Shown in pieces: positions 12,501 to 25,870 of a DNA stretch of 64,000 nt. The position numbers were made by a program, and so were the translations under genes. Each line of letters starts with the position of its first letter. The stretch's first letter is position 1. Below the pieces are notes generated by a model. The model was not told where the DNA came from. It did no database searches and worked only from the letters and a program-made list of their open reading frames with translations. The DNA comes from Paraspadella gotoi (lineage: Eukaryota; Animalia; Chaetognatha), in NCBI GenBank assembly GCA_051294375.1, contig CM119270.1, positions 3,219,436-3,283,435 on the forward strand. Direction: 5' to 3'.

Positions 12501-15500
12501 GAAATTTGATAGCAACGGAAAAGTCAAACAGGCACTGCACCTACGCCGTTAATCCTCGCGTAGTCAGACGACGATAAGTCGCAGTGCGGACAGAATGCTG
12601 ATTAACGCACGATCTCAGCCGTGCGATAATTGCGCGTAGCGGGCGATCCTGTAATGACGATCTCAGCGACGAATAAATGCGACGATTCCTGTAGACGATC
12701 TCAATCGACGATAAATGCGACGAGATCTGATACGACGATCCCTCAGCGACGATCGCCTTTTTCTAGCTTTTCGCGCCAATTTCGGCGTAAAAAAAACGAG
12801 AAAAACGAAATCGAGAATTCGGAAACGACGAAGGAAGACGCGAAAACCCACTGTGCAGTACAAGAACACAAGCTCAGCACCTCTGTGTCCGCAACTACTC
12901 GCATCGCTGTTTCTCTTTCTTTTTTTTTTTTTTTTGACATTTTGTGAAAATGATTTCTCTTTTTGTTTCGTCTTCCCTTTATAATTTCCTTTAACCCAAC
13001 ACACAAACTATAAAAAAGAACTAACAACCGAACACAAGACAAACAAAAAACACAGAACTGATTTACGAAAAAGAGAAACCAGCAAAGACAACAAACAGAA
13101 AACGACATACAAAGAAACAAACAGAACCAAACAAGGCAACAACAACACAAAGTAACAATACAAAACACATGAGATGAGAAACGGTCAATATCAACATCCA
13201 TCTCTCGTTTTTTTCGTCGGAAAGTGAAGTCTCTCCCAGCTTCTTCACGCTTGCTCTTCTCGTATCAACCAGGATGGGCCCCCGCCGCCAATCCTGCCTT
13301 CCCCCTGTTTCGCCTCGCTTTTTCCCCGTGCACCTCATTGAAACCCGTGACCACCGGCCGACGTATTATGGGCGGACGTGTCGTCGTCAGTCGTGTCGTC
13401 CTTCTTATTCTACTTTTCTGTTCTTCTTCGTGAAACGTCGCGGTCTTAGTACGCTCCTCTTCTTCCGTCGTCGTCCTTTCCTGTGTTCGGCTGTGAATGG
13501 TGCGACTCGATGAGTGTGAAAGAATGGAGCGTGGGAGACTACTTCGGGTTGCGGTAACGTACGGTGGATACGTCAAGTGATTGAGACGGTCTAAAAAGCC
13601 GGGAGAAGTAGGAGAGTCATATGATGTTCTTGTCGGCGGAAGAAAAAGACAAAGAAGGAAGAGACGAAAAAATTTATTAAATTAACTCTTAATCATCATT
13701 GGAGATTTTGAGCTTTTGTTTCCTAAGAATCTAAGCGTGGTTTTTTGTTCTCGAGATACAAATTCTTCTTTCTTTTTACTTTTTTTTATTTTGCTTCTTT
13801 TAGGTTTATGTTCTTCGCTCAATTAACTTGGCACTGTATAAATTTTTTCCTACAGCTATTGGTATTGAGGTAGCGTTCGTTTTTTGGCTATAAAATAGTT
13901 GTTTGGTGTATGAAAGGAGGAGTAGAAAAGTCATGGAAGTTCAGGAGTCAATCGTAGTGAAGCGGAGATGAGGGGTTGAGGATGAGAGGATTTGTATTTT
14001 TTTGGATCACGGAATTCGGTAAAATATGACATCGGTTTTTTGATCCGTAACTGTGATTGATTTTCAAAATATTCTGAGTAGTTTTTTATATCGCCGTCTG
14101 TGCAACGGAAATTTGCAAACTGAAAATATCAATTTTTTTTAAATATTATTTTTTCTATGTTTAATCTGCATTTTCGTAAACATAGTCATAAGTTAGGTCA
14201 TAGGGACGAAACGAGCAGCTTCTGATAAAAGATTTACGTTAGATTAATCTTATAACAGGGGGGTTAGATATTTTTTATTTCATGATCAGACTGACATCGA
14301 GTATTTCGAACTTCAATGAATACGGGTCTCCTTTCGCAGGATTCCGAATACTTAACCTCACGCGAACTCCATGGACCTAACGATGAATCCGGCGAGTAAA
14401 TTTCTGCGAACATCACTGATTTCGGGCCGAGCCTCTATCTAGCACGTTTAGGGCGAGCGGGACACAATTCGTCGAGTGAGAGAACCGACATCCGTTCGTT
14501 TGCTGGCTATATTACGCATTCTGTCGTTGTTGCGAGAGTCTCTCTGCGGTTCGTCGCCTTGTGAAGTCGGAGGCCGCAGAAAGCCTCCCGGCCTCGCAGA
14601 TGCTGCAGTCAGGAGCCTAGCGAGCTCTCGTGAAAAGGACGGCGAGCGATCTTCGTCGTCACAAGGTTATAGGAACGTTGAGGAGCGTTTCGCTTCGGCA
14701 ACATCTTTCCGTAACGGACTCGCGAGCACACTTGGTTTCACCTCGAACTCTTTGGTCGGGAATTTCTCAGTCTCGAGCAGTCGCTCAACATTGACGTCAA
14801 TACAAAGGAGGAAGAACACGAGCAGTCTTTCACGTTCCACAAAAAAGAACACAGAAGATAAGCACAGCACGGAGGCCTGGAGATGGAAAGTTTACGAGAA
14901 GAGTAGAAATAATCAATTCAAAAAATGAATATTAAATGTATATTCCAGGAAATATTATAAAGAGAAAATATACTCTACACTATCAAAAATAAAGTATTCT
15001 ATAGTAAAACGTCATTATGTATATTTTGTAATTATTCTTATTTAGTATATTTATTAAATAAATACAACATCTTCTAAATTTTTGTATCTTTTTGCAATTT
15101 AGTTCTATTCTTTTATCAATATCAATCTAGAAAGGAGTGGCAATAAAGATTGTTTGTAATATACATGTATTATTCCTATTATAGTAAATATGATATATAT
15201 TGAAGGAGATCTCAAATATCGATAAAATAAAAATATTTTGCTCTTGATATTTGGAAATAGTAAATGAAAATAAAGTCCGCGGACAAAAGAGGAAGAGATC
15301 GACATAAGTACACCCAACCTGCCCTTCGCTACGGAAACTCCTCAGTCATCTGTGTCCGGCCGACGCCAAGTTTTGTTCCGAAATTTCACAGAGATAATTG
15401 GGTATATTCGCAATTTCAGGGAAATATTCTTTCTTTTTGTTGTTTTCATGTCATTTCTCGGCATTAAGGGGCGTGAGTTCTGACGTCTATAGCCCTTAGA

Positions 15501-15531
15501 ATCTGCAATTAGCCCCGCCGGAAAACGCAGC

Positions 15532-15909
15532 CCAAAGGTCATCGTTGAAACGCCCCCTTCCGTTTCGACGCGGCGTCGTCAGAATGGGCGTGGCGACGAG
15601 GGCGTCGCCTCGCCCGACGTTTCGGCCGATAGGACGAGCGGCAGGGACCGGACAATCGAAGCGGACGGACGGACGGACTGCCGTGGCACCGGCAGGGACG
15701 GCAGGGACGGCAGAGACGGTAGGCGCGGCGCCAAGTCGGTCTGCACAAAACTCAGAACTTCCGGATTGAATTCCGCTTCTTCTTCGCCGGCGTCCAACTA
15801 CAAATTCGGCGGCGGCGGCGGCGGCGGCGGCTGCGGCGGCGGCGGCGGCGGCGGAGGAGGAGGAGGAGGAGGCGTCAACGGTCACTTCCCCATTCCTGTC
15901 GCTTCGCAG
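15532..15909 (+). CDS. Coding exon (5' end unresolved) of an unknown low-complexity protein: PKVIVETPPSVSTRRRQNG...SNYKFG(n)VNGHFPIPVASQ
   Basis: 126 codons open, GC-rich, GGC/GGA poly-Gly tract in frame, ends at a phase-0 donor CAG|GTAAGG followed by AT-rich intron-like DNA. Confidence 0.55.
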
Positions 15910-16419
15910 GTAAGGGTTGGTGGGTGAGAGTTAAAATTAAAATAGATTAAATTAGAAAACTATCAACTATCTCGCTGTTGAATATAAACGTATCGATTTA
16001 TTACTTTTAGGAATATAATTATTTTATAATATCGTTTGATAATAGAGGTGATTTATAACTCTTTGCTGTTTTTTTTTTTTAAATCAGCTTTTTTAATTTT
16101 TCTCATTTTTTTAATTTGTTATTTTTATTTCTTTTTTTTTTTTAACTTTTTCCCCTCTTTATTTCTTTCCTCTGTAATTACATCTGCGGTTTTTCTTTTT
16201 CATTTCTTTTTCATTTCTTTTTCTTTTCTTTTTCTTTTCTTTTCTTATTCTTTTCTTTTTCTTTTCTCTTTTCTTTTTTTTCTTTTGTTTATTTTTTTCT
16301 TTTTGTTTAAAACATTCCCGACTCTCGTGTTAAATCAGGTTTCTCAAATTTAACTCTAAGCTTTCTTGGTTCGGTTACTCGCTTTCGCGTTAAGAATCGT
16401 CCCGGGCGAATTTCGTAGT

Positions 16420-16520
16420 CGTCGTTGTTGTTGTCGTCGTCGTCATCTTTATCATCATCATTGTTATTATCGTCATTATCATCATCATAATCATCATCGT
16501 TATTTTTTTTATCATCAACG

Positions 16521-16556
<36 letters not shown>

Positions 16557-16668
16557 ACAACAACAACAATAATGATAACAACAGCAACAACAATAATGAT
16601 AACAACAACAACATCGTCATCGTCATCGTCTCCTCGTTATCATCGTCATTATGTTCTCGTAGCGGTCA

Positions 16669-16707
<39 letters not shown>

Positions 16708-16710
16708 TGG
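16420..16710. repeat. Mixed trinucleotide microsatellites (CAT)n/(CAA)n/(GTC)n
   Basis: Directly visible; also in the duplicate at about 5760-6045. Confidence 0.9.
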
Positions 16711-17115
16711 ATCATTAGTCCGTTTTTCCCCGCGACCCGGGGCGGAGACGGACAAATTACCATGTCAATGGGTCCCCGTTGCGGGATTAAACGTCGCGTC
16801 ACGCCAAGCTACGCCATTCCGCGCCACGGTCACGCCATCGAGGAAAGACGCAAGAGAGAAGACAGAATCAAAAGAGAATGAAAGANNNNNNNNNNNNNNN
16901 NNNNNNNNNNNNNNNNNNNNNNNNNNNNNNNNNNNNNNNNNNNNNNNNNNNNNNNNNNNNNNNNNNNNNNNNNNNNNNNNNNNNNNNNNNNNNNNNNNNN
17001 NNNNNNNNNNNNNNNNNNNNNNNNNNNNNNNNNNNNNNATGTTTTCCTAAAAGACACCAACTGAGAGAGAAGACTCCCAGTAGATTCAGCCAAATTCAAA
17101 ATAAACGGGGCGGAG

Positions 17116-17184
<69 letters not shown>

Positions 17185-17286
17185 GAGCGTGTCTTAAAAC
17201 AAATCTCTAAATCTCAAGTTAATGCCAGATTCTACATTTTCTGGATTGAATGTTAAATGTGGATATTCAAAGGAAAGATGAAAAAT

Positions 17287-17500
17287 AAAGGGAGTGATGC
17301 TGTAAAATACAGTTGAAACAGTTAAATAAAGGGATAAGTTAAATAAAGATAAATAAAGTTAAATAAAGTTAAATAAATAAAGGGAGTGATGCTGTAAAAT
17401 ACAGTTGAAACAGTTAAATAAAGGGATAAGTTAAATAAAGTTAAATAAAGTTAAATAAATAAAGGGAGTGATGCTGTAAAATACAGTTGAAGCAGTTTAT
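17287..17500 (+). repeat. Minisatellite, about 3 units of 82-92 bp (AAAGGGAGTGATGCTGTAAAATACAGTTGAAACAG plus AAGTTAAATA sub-repeats)
   Basis: Unit starts near 17288, 17380 and 17461. A noisy copy with about 4 units lies at 6840-7140. Confidence 0.85.
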
Positions 17501-18616
17501 AAAAGTTGGGGACGAGGCTGGCGAGGTTCTTTCAGAGTTAATAAACTGAACTGTGAGAGGGTGTTTATTAAAATATTACTAGGTCGTGTTATGTTATTAT
17601 AGACGAAGGCAATTTACCGTCATTATTGAATGAATGGATCATTTTCATATTGGTTTTAGAAGAATAATAAAGAAATGTAATAAAATATTATAAAGAAAAG
17701 AGATTTCTTTCCCTTTAAACATCACATCAAATTCCTAGACAGGAAAAAAAGGAGGAAATAATCCAATCATTTTTTTTTCGTTTGGGGAAAAAGTTTTCGC
17801 TATCGTCGACCCCTTAAGTCGTTGCAGCTAAAGCGATCCTTGTTGTTGTTGTTGTTGTTGTTGCCACGATCGTGTCTACAATTGTCTGACTGATGTTTCA
17901 TTTTTATTGCTGTCAACTTTGCCCGTCTTTCCTTACAAGTTTATTTCTGACGGTTCCAATCGTAAAGGTATCAGTTTCCTCGTTGTCAAAAATATTCTAT
18001 CTGTTGCAATGCTGCAATGAAACCTAAGTTGTGCTCCAGTAGTTGGTGATCTTCATCGTTGTCGTCATCATCATCAGATTTGCAGGATTTCGTCATATTT
18101 TTCGACAAACTCGTCATCGTCATTGTCGTCGTCGTCGTCGTCGTCGGCGTCATGGTCGGGATTATCGCGTCAACGCCCATTTGACGCAGGGGACGAATCC
18201 ATCTTGAAAATCTTATCTCTCCCTCGTTTTCGCTTCGAACTCACTTCCCTTTTCGCCACGCCCCCATTTGAAATCATGACGCTCAACTCCCTCTCCAAAA
18301 CCAAATACTGATCTGCCTCAAAATTCCCTTAAAATCTCATCCTGCCTCGTGGCTTCTCTCGGCATCTCGTCTCATCTCTTCCTCATCTCTCTTTACTCTC
18401 CTCGTCTCTTCTTCTCTCTCCTCTCTCTTGGTGCCAACCGCATAATCGTTTATAACGACAGTTAACTGTAATTTCTCCACGACGGAAGATTCCATGTATA
18501 ACGCGAGAATTTACCGTAATTTGTTTCATTGCCGGCATCTCTCTCTCTGCTCTCTTCTCTCTCTCTCCCTCTCCTGCTCTCTCTCTCTCTCTCTCCTTTT
18601 CTCCTCTCTTCCTCCG

Positions 18617-18659
<43 letters not shown>

Positions 18660-20480
18660 TCTCTTTTCTATATTCTGTTTATAATGTCATTCACTCTCAT
18701 GTCTCTCCCCCTCTCTATTAATACTCTCTCCCACCTCCTCCTCTCTTCTCTCGGCGCTCTGCTTCCTCTCTCTCTCTCTCTCTCTCCTCTCCTCGCTCTC
18801 TCTCCTCTCCCCTCCTTGCTCGTGACCGGAGCGATTCCGGACAAACGGAAGATAATACACTTTTCAATTTCTGGCCTGGAAATTCTTTTCCGTCGAATGA
18901 GAAAAGTAAACATAGAACCAAAAGGCGGAATAGAGGAAACAAGTTATAAACAAAACAACAAGGCATGAGATAGAGAGGAGAGAAGAGAGAGAGAGAGAGA
19001 GAAGAGAGGAGAGGAAGAGACGATAGAGAGAGAGAGAGAGTCGTTGAATTTTATGCGGGACTTATTTTATTAGCATTGCTTAATTTANNNNNNNNNNNNN
19101 NNNNNNNNNNNNAACCAAGTATGAATGAGAACACAAACATAAGGCATGAGGAAGAGAGAGAGAGAGAGAGGTAGAGAGATGAGAGAGAGATGAGAAGAGA
19201 GAGAGAGGAGAGAGAAAAGGGGAGAAGAAAAAAAGAAAGGGTGGAAAGAGAGGAGGTTGATTATTTGCGGGATTATCTAATTAGTTTTTTTTTCATTTAT
19301 AAGTCTCCCTCCGATTATTGAGACGAAGGTAAGGCAGTCAGCGTACTCTGCTCTAGCTCTCTCACTCATCTCAATCGTCGGCTATCATAAGAATGCTACC
19401 CCTCACGTCATTCTCTCTCAATCCACAGTCATCATCGTCCTCTCTCTCTCTCTCACTCTCTCTCCGTCTCGCTCGGGGTGCTCTCATCCTCAATCCATCT
19501 CTCTCCTACTTCTGCGAGTCATCTCTCTCTCTCTCCGTTCCTTCGAGCTGTCCTCTTAGCAATCTTGATCTCACATCCTCCCAACACATCGTTACCGCTC
19601 TGAATGATAACCATCACTATTGTTTAACAAGAAAAACATATTCCGGCGGCAGCCGTCTTTTGTCTCGCGCTGCGCAAGTCCCCGCCCAAAACGCGGCATA
19701 TTACCAAAAACCTCAAAGCGCGAACGAGCGCGGAGATAGAGAAATCCCGCAACTTCCAATCAAATTTCAGCAGCTCGAAAGAGAAAGAAATCACAAGAAA
19801 CCATTCGTTGTAGGATCAATACAGTTAGCATGTAACGGCGCGTGCCCCGCAGTGCGTCTCCCCAGCGCGCGCGCCGCCCCGCGCTCGGCGAGCGGGGTGC
19901 GGGAGCTCGCGCGCCGCGCTGCAGCGCCATCTCCGCTGGCGGCGGAGGAGTCGGTCGCTTTCGAGGGCGCAGGACGCGGGGAAGAAGAAATAAGCCGGAG
20001 GCTGAAAACGTTTCGTGTTGGGCGGAAGAAAAAAAGGAGAGAAGAAATATGTAAATGAGCCTGAAAAAAACATATCTGGAGTCGGGGGGAGCAAGAGGAG
20101 GCAGAGAGAGAGAAGGGAAATATACGATGAGGGGGTGGGGTAACGTTGGGTGATTGGTCGGAGGGAGAAGGTGTGGTGAGAGCGTGGTGGAAGGGTGAGT
20201 GGTGAAGGGAACGGTCAGCGAACTGATCGAGGGTCTCGGGTTAAAAAGAAACAGAGGTAAAAGATGGTTTTCAATTGGGCGACAGGAAACTCAGCTTTGG
20301 AGTTGATGTTTGAAGGGAACATATTCTTGGAAGCGGGGAATCCGTTTATTTCTTTGAAGGGCGGGAATATAGGACGGAAGGGAAACTAGTGGGGATTAAG
20401 GCAGTAAAGGTGGGAGAAGGGAGGAAAAATGAAGGTGGGAATGAGGGGAAGGGGAAGAAAAGGGGGAAAGGGGGAAGTGG

Positions 20481-20514
<34 letters not shown>

Positions 20515-22383
20515 TTAAAGAATTGAAAGACATAACAAGATTAATCATAAGGGTTTCAAGCCTTTGGCTGTGCCGCTGTTTCTCAAGTAAAAGAAATATT
20601 ATTGCATCAAAAATCTATTTATAAACTAAGTGTACAAATAATATTGCCTCAGACTTTGTTTGTTTTTCTCTATACATCGGAATAAGTCTTTTTGTTTTCC
20701 CATTGAGTTTTCCACGACGCGGTCGATCCTCGAGGGCGGCGTTCGCTCGTGCGCACCGCAACCGGCTCCTCGCCCGCGCCGCGGCCGACCTTCCCCGCGC
20801 GCCGCATATTTAATCCCAAATGAAACTATTTACTCTTCCGCCATTTTTATTTTTCTCTCCCTTTTGTTTTTTTCCTCCTTTTCACGCCGACCGACCGACC
20901 GACCGACGCTGGAAATCGCAGACGCACGAATCGGAAAGTTGGTACTGCGTGCCGCGCCCTCCCGCGCACCCAGCCTCTCCTTCTTCCATGTGAGTACCGC
21001 GTGCGAGTCTCGTTCACGGATTCGTCACACCCATCCGTTGTGAAGAGTAGTCACGTGATTGCACCGGTTCACACACAGTCTGTCATACACTTTCTCGGGT
21101 CTCAAACTTCGCTCCGGACTGTCTCCGCATCTTTCGTCACTTTTCTCCGTTTAAGTTCGAAAATATCAAGAAAAAGAAATAATCGATTAAGGGAAAAAGA
21201 AAAGGAAAAGAAAAAAAGAAAATAAAAAAGAAAAGGAAAAGAGTGAAAAGTAGGAAAAATGAGGTTTGCCATTTTCTGTGAATGGGAGATGAGAAATAGA
21301 GATCGCGGAAAACATTTTAAAAAAAGAGGGAAAGAATGAGAGGGAAAAAATGAGCATCTTGGAAAAAAAAAATTTAGCATAATTTTCCGAAAATACCCGA
21401 ATTCTGTTTCTAATCCTAGAACTTAATTTTAATGTTTATATTTAACCAAACTCCAAAAACCTTAATCCCTAACTTTAATTCCTAACCAAGTCTTTATCTC
21501 TAACCCATGACATAATCATTAAACCTCAAACATTCCTAATTCAGAATTTAAGCTGAAAAAGAACGCTTTTGGAAAATATTGAAAAAAAATTCAAATGGAA
21601 CCGAAATCTGAGGGTTTTTTTTCTTTCCTTTTGTCTTTTTTTTTTTGAAGATAAGAAAAAAAGTTTGAGACTAAAATTTAAATAGAAAAAAAAAGTTGAG
21701 ATGGAAAGAAAAGAAGAAAATTGCGAAAATATGAAGAGAAAGAAAAAAAAAGATGTAAAAAGAAAGTATAATATATTGATTCGTTTTTTAATTTTCCAGT
21801 TGACGTTTCTTCTCTATTTCTCTTATTCTTCTTTTTTAATTTTTTTTCTTTATATATAATATATATTTTTTTTTTGAGAAGAGATTCGTTTTTTGGGATG
21901 AAATATCGCAATACAGGGTGCACGACTCTCACTCTACACATTGTGCACAACGTGCATTGCACAATGCACATGGCGTATTCACTAGAAGATAACGGCGACA
22001 ATGTCTACGATTGCTGTCAGCAATGGCATTGCCATTTGTATTGGCAAAAAGTTACTCGCCACTCGTTAGAATTGTATGTATTGTAATTTGTCAATTTATC
22101 ATCGCGACTGAAATATAAACGACCCTGTATTTATTTATGTATTTATTTATCTTTTGCCATGTAACTTGTTCTTTTTATTTTCAGTTTATTTCACGTGAAG
22201 ACGCTAACACAAAAAGAATCACATTTGGCGAAAGATCGATCGATTATAATCAAACTCACTCCTCACTTCTTACTCCTCACTCCTCACTGCTCTCTCCTGA
22301 CTTTTCACTCCTCACTCCTCACTCTTCACTCCTCAACGCACGTCTTGTCAAATTTACTCCGTTTAGCAAAAATAAAATAAAAA

Positions 22384-23090
22384 ACAAGTTTGAGAAAACA
22401 ATGTCGGATCTGCCCACGATCATTATCGGTATTAATTAATTAATTTATAAATAATAATTAATTATTTAATTAATTAATAATTAATTAATCATGCCAATTA
22501 ATGCCAATATTAATTTATTCCAAAATGTTTTGTTTTGATTGATTAATTAACTAAATTAATTTATTGATAATTAATTGACAATTAAATAACTAATTAATTA
22601 TTTGATTAATTAATACATCTTCATTTACATTTAAAATAAAAGAAAAAGAAGCATAATCAATTAGTGAAACCAGGTTCTTTGTTTTTTCTATTTTAAACTC
22701 ACTTATTCTCACTTCAGTTCACCGAAAAGTATCTCCACTCTCAGTATATATTTTTGTTCTAAATCTTCACTAATCCATCGAACTTCAATCGACACACTCC
22801 CTACCCACACACAAAATTTCATTCCAATCCATCCATCCAATCACGAGTAATTGATGTTTTTGCTAGGTGGGAGACGGACGTGACCGGACGGACGGACGGA
22901 TGGACGGACGGACGACTGGACGGACGGACGGACGGACAGAGAGGACGGAGGACATCGTTTTTTTTGCATAATTTATCATAATTCGATGTTCTAGACATGT
23001 ATATAAGTTGTGCCCGACAATATTGAGGGCGGACCGACGGACCGACAAGGTAATTATAGAGTCGGGATCTGCTGATAAGCAGATCCGACT
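22384..23090 (+). mobile_element. Non-autonomous Helentron/HINE (DINE-1-like) element, complete, about 0.7 kb
   Basis: Starts ACAAG. Subterminal motif GTCGGATCTGC (22403-22413) is complementary to terminal GCAGATCCGAC. 3' hairpin GTCGGGATCTGC-TGATAA-GCAGATCCGAC-T (23061-23090). Contains an (ATTA)n tract, one roughly 150-bp core unit and a (GGAC)n microsatellite. Inserted in an A-run with no TSD; the empty site is visible in the duplicate at about 11710-11745. Confidence 0.75.
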
Positions 23091-23639
23091 AAAAAAAAAA
23101 CCCAAAAATTTTTCAGTTACGTACGTTGAAAAAACCTTATTGTTTTTGTCTGTCTCTCTTCTCTCTCTCTCTCTCTCCTTCTCTCCTTCTCTCTCTCTCG
23201 TCTCTCTCTCTCTCAGTTTAAATCACACATGGGAGTATGGTTACAATATTTTCTATTTAGACCAAATTTCTATCCATTTCGATCCATCTTTGACCATGAA
23301 GATCACAATTTTGGTTAAAATAAAAAAAGAATTTGTCCCTGTACTCCCATTTGGGATCTTTAACTAAATCCAAATCTCCGTACCTGATATGACTCCCAAA
23401 GAAAATATATAAAATTTATAATCAAAAAGTATAACACGAATTAAAGCTTTGAATCTCGACCATCTGCAATTATTTTTTTTTATCGTAATACAAAAACGAT
23501 GTTGCGACTATCTCTATGACGACGTCTACGACGATTAATGCGACCATCTGTGCAACGATCTGTACGACCATCTGTGTGACATTTCAAGTTTTCATCCATC
23601 TGTGCGACGATTTTAGCAACAATCAATCTTCCGTTCTCA

Positions 23640-23792
23640 GCGACGATATCTGCGACGATCTGTACGACGATCTCAGCGACGATAATTGCGGCGATCTGTA
23701 TGACGATCTCAGCGACGATAAATGCGACGATCTGTACGACGATCTCAACGACGATAAATGCGACGATCTGTACGACGATCTCAGCGACGATC
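23640..23792 (+). repeat. 36-bp tandem repeat built of 12-bp subunits (TGCGACGATCTG-TACGACGATCTC-AGCGACGATAAA), about 4 units
   Basis: Directly visible; duplicate at about 32525-32678. It produces the spurious DDLYDDLSDDKC and IVAEIVVQ ORFs. Confidence 0.85.
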
Positions 23793-24906
23793 GCCTTTTT
23801 CTGCTTTCGACGCACAATTTCGGCGTAAAAAAAACGAGGAAAAAACGAATCGAGAATTCGAAACGACGAAAGGACGAAAACCACTGTGCAGTACAAAGAC
23901 CACTTCAGCCACCTCTGTGTCGTAACTACTCCATCCTTTTCTCTTTTTTTTTTTGCATTTTGAAAATGATTTTCCTTTTTTCTCTCCTCAAAAACAACAA
24001 CAAAAACAAAACTAACAACAACAACAAGAAAACAAAAAACAACAACTTTAACGAACAAAAAAACCAGCAAAGACAACAACAAAAACGACATCAAACCAAA
24101 CAAACCAAACAACAACAACAACAGCAACAGTAACTACAACAACAACAACCAATTCAAATCCCTCTCGTCTTTTTTCGTCCACGGAAAGTGAAAAGTCTCT
24201 CCCAGCGTCTTCACGCTTCTCTTCTCGTTCACCCCCCCCCGCCCCCCCCCCCCGCTTCCCCCCTTTTCGCCTCGCTTTTCCCCGTGACCTTTGAACCCGT
24301 GACCCCGCGACGTATTTGCCGTCGTCGTCGTCGTCGTCGTCGTCTTCTTCTTCTTTTTTTCTTCTTCTTCGTCGTCGTCTTAGTCGTCCTCTTCTTCGTC
24401 GTCGTCTCTTTCCTCTTCGTCGTTGTCGTCGTCTTACTCGTCTTCTTCTTCGTCGTCGTCGTTGACTTAAAAAACCCGGGAATCTCTTTTTCTTCGGAGA
24501 AAAAAAAAGGAAGAGAGAAAAAATTCTTTTCTTTTCCTTGAGACTTAGTTGTGTCTCGTCTAAGAGTTTTGGTTTCGACATCAATTCCTTCCTTTTTTAC
24601 CTTTTTTATTCCTTCCTTTTATTTCTCAACTAATCTTCCCTGTTAATCTTCATTTGTTATCCTTTTTGCTTATTATTGTTTATTATTTCTTACAGTATTT
24701 CTTTTTGGCAGGATTTAAAAATATACACGGTTTTATCGACTATTGTTTCAAAACAAAATTTTATTCGCTTATTAAAATTCATTTTTTTAATATTATTTTT
24801 TTTCAAATATGCATTTTCGTAAACATAGTCATAGGGACGACGAGCTCGAAAAGATTTAGTTGATTATCTTAAAGAAAACTTTCATCGATACAAATCGAGT
24901 ATTACT

Positions 24907-25796
24907 TCAATCGACGGGCCCTTCGAAAGTCCGAATCCCTCCAGCGAACCCGGCCGACCTCACGATTTCGTCGAGCCTATCTACGTCACGCGACGACAAC
25001 TTCGTCGAGTGAGACGACATCCGTTTTTTGCTGTATTCGCTCTGTCGTTGAGAGTCTCTCTGCATCGCCGACGCAGCCGCCGAAGCCTCCGCCTCCGACG
25101 CCGCAGGAGCCTCGATCTCGCAAAACGGCAGCATCTTCGTCGTCCAAATATGAGGCGTCGTCGTCAACTCTTCGTAACGGATCGCGAGGAGATTTCCCTC
25201 GAACTCTTTTCGACTTCTCAGCTCGAGCAGCGTCAACATTGACGTCAAATAAAATGGGAAGAAGAGCGACGTCAACGACACGGTTCCGACGGGCGCCTGG
25301 GATGGAAAAGTTTCGAAGATTGAATTCACTCAATTTATTTATAAATTTAAAAGTGAATTACTTAACATATCCAAAAATATTTGAAAATCATGTATAATTA
25401 TAATTTTAAATATTAAAAAAAAAACAACATAAATTTGTACTAGTCATACAAATATATAGAAAAGGAGTGGCAATGAGTTTGTAAATAACATGATAGTAAA
25501 ATGATATATAGAGAAAAAAATGGATGTAATTGTCGCGGACTCGCGGACACGCCCACCTCTCGTCGATCCGTCGTCGACGTCGCCAACGTTTTGTCCAAAT
25601 CGAAAGTCAATTCGCTCGTCCAACCGGCGAAGCGACGCTGCCACTCCCCTTCGTCCGCCACGAGGCGTCGCAAACCGGAAATGGCGAGACGCTGTACGGA
25701 GACGCCCATTCGGAACCCGCAAGAGTCGGGAAATAAATCGCCGATGAGGGAAGCTGCTTGGCGAATCCCTGAGGGGGGGCGTGGAGATTGATTAAA

Positions 25797-25870
<74 letters not shown>

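Larger units (their letters stand above)
3072..15210 (+). other. Noisy duplicate of about 15520-25520 (probable long-read gap-fill or alternate haplotype)
   Basis: Begins right after a 25-N gap (3047-3071). By eye: 3280-4145 matches 15520-16355; 5680-8020 matches 16356-18345; 8030-9700 matches the reverse complement of about 18380-20480; 9790-11740 matches 20510-22383; 11740-15210 matches 23091-25520. Indel density rises toward the right end. Confidence 0.85.

Noticed and set aside
14310-14880. Apparent third sulfotransferase exon-4 copy and ORFs over it
   Set aside because: Very high-error end of the duplicated read; not an independent gene.
17930-18180. Minus-strand acidic ORF (DDDDDNDEDHQLLEHNLGFIAALQQIEYF)
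   Set aside because: Built partly on trinucleotide repeats, stops early and the two copies disagree; cannot be supported as an exon.
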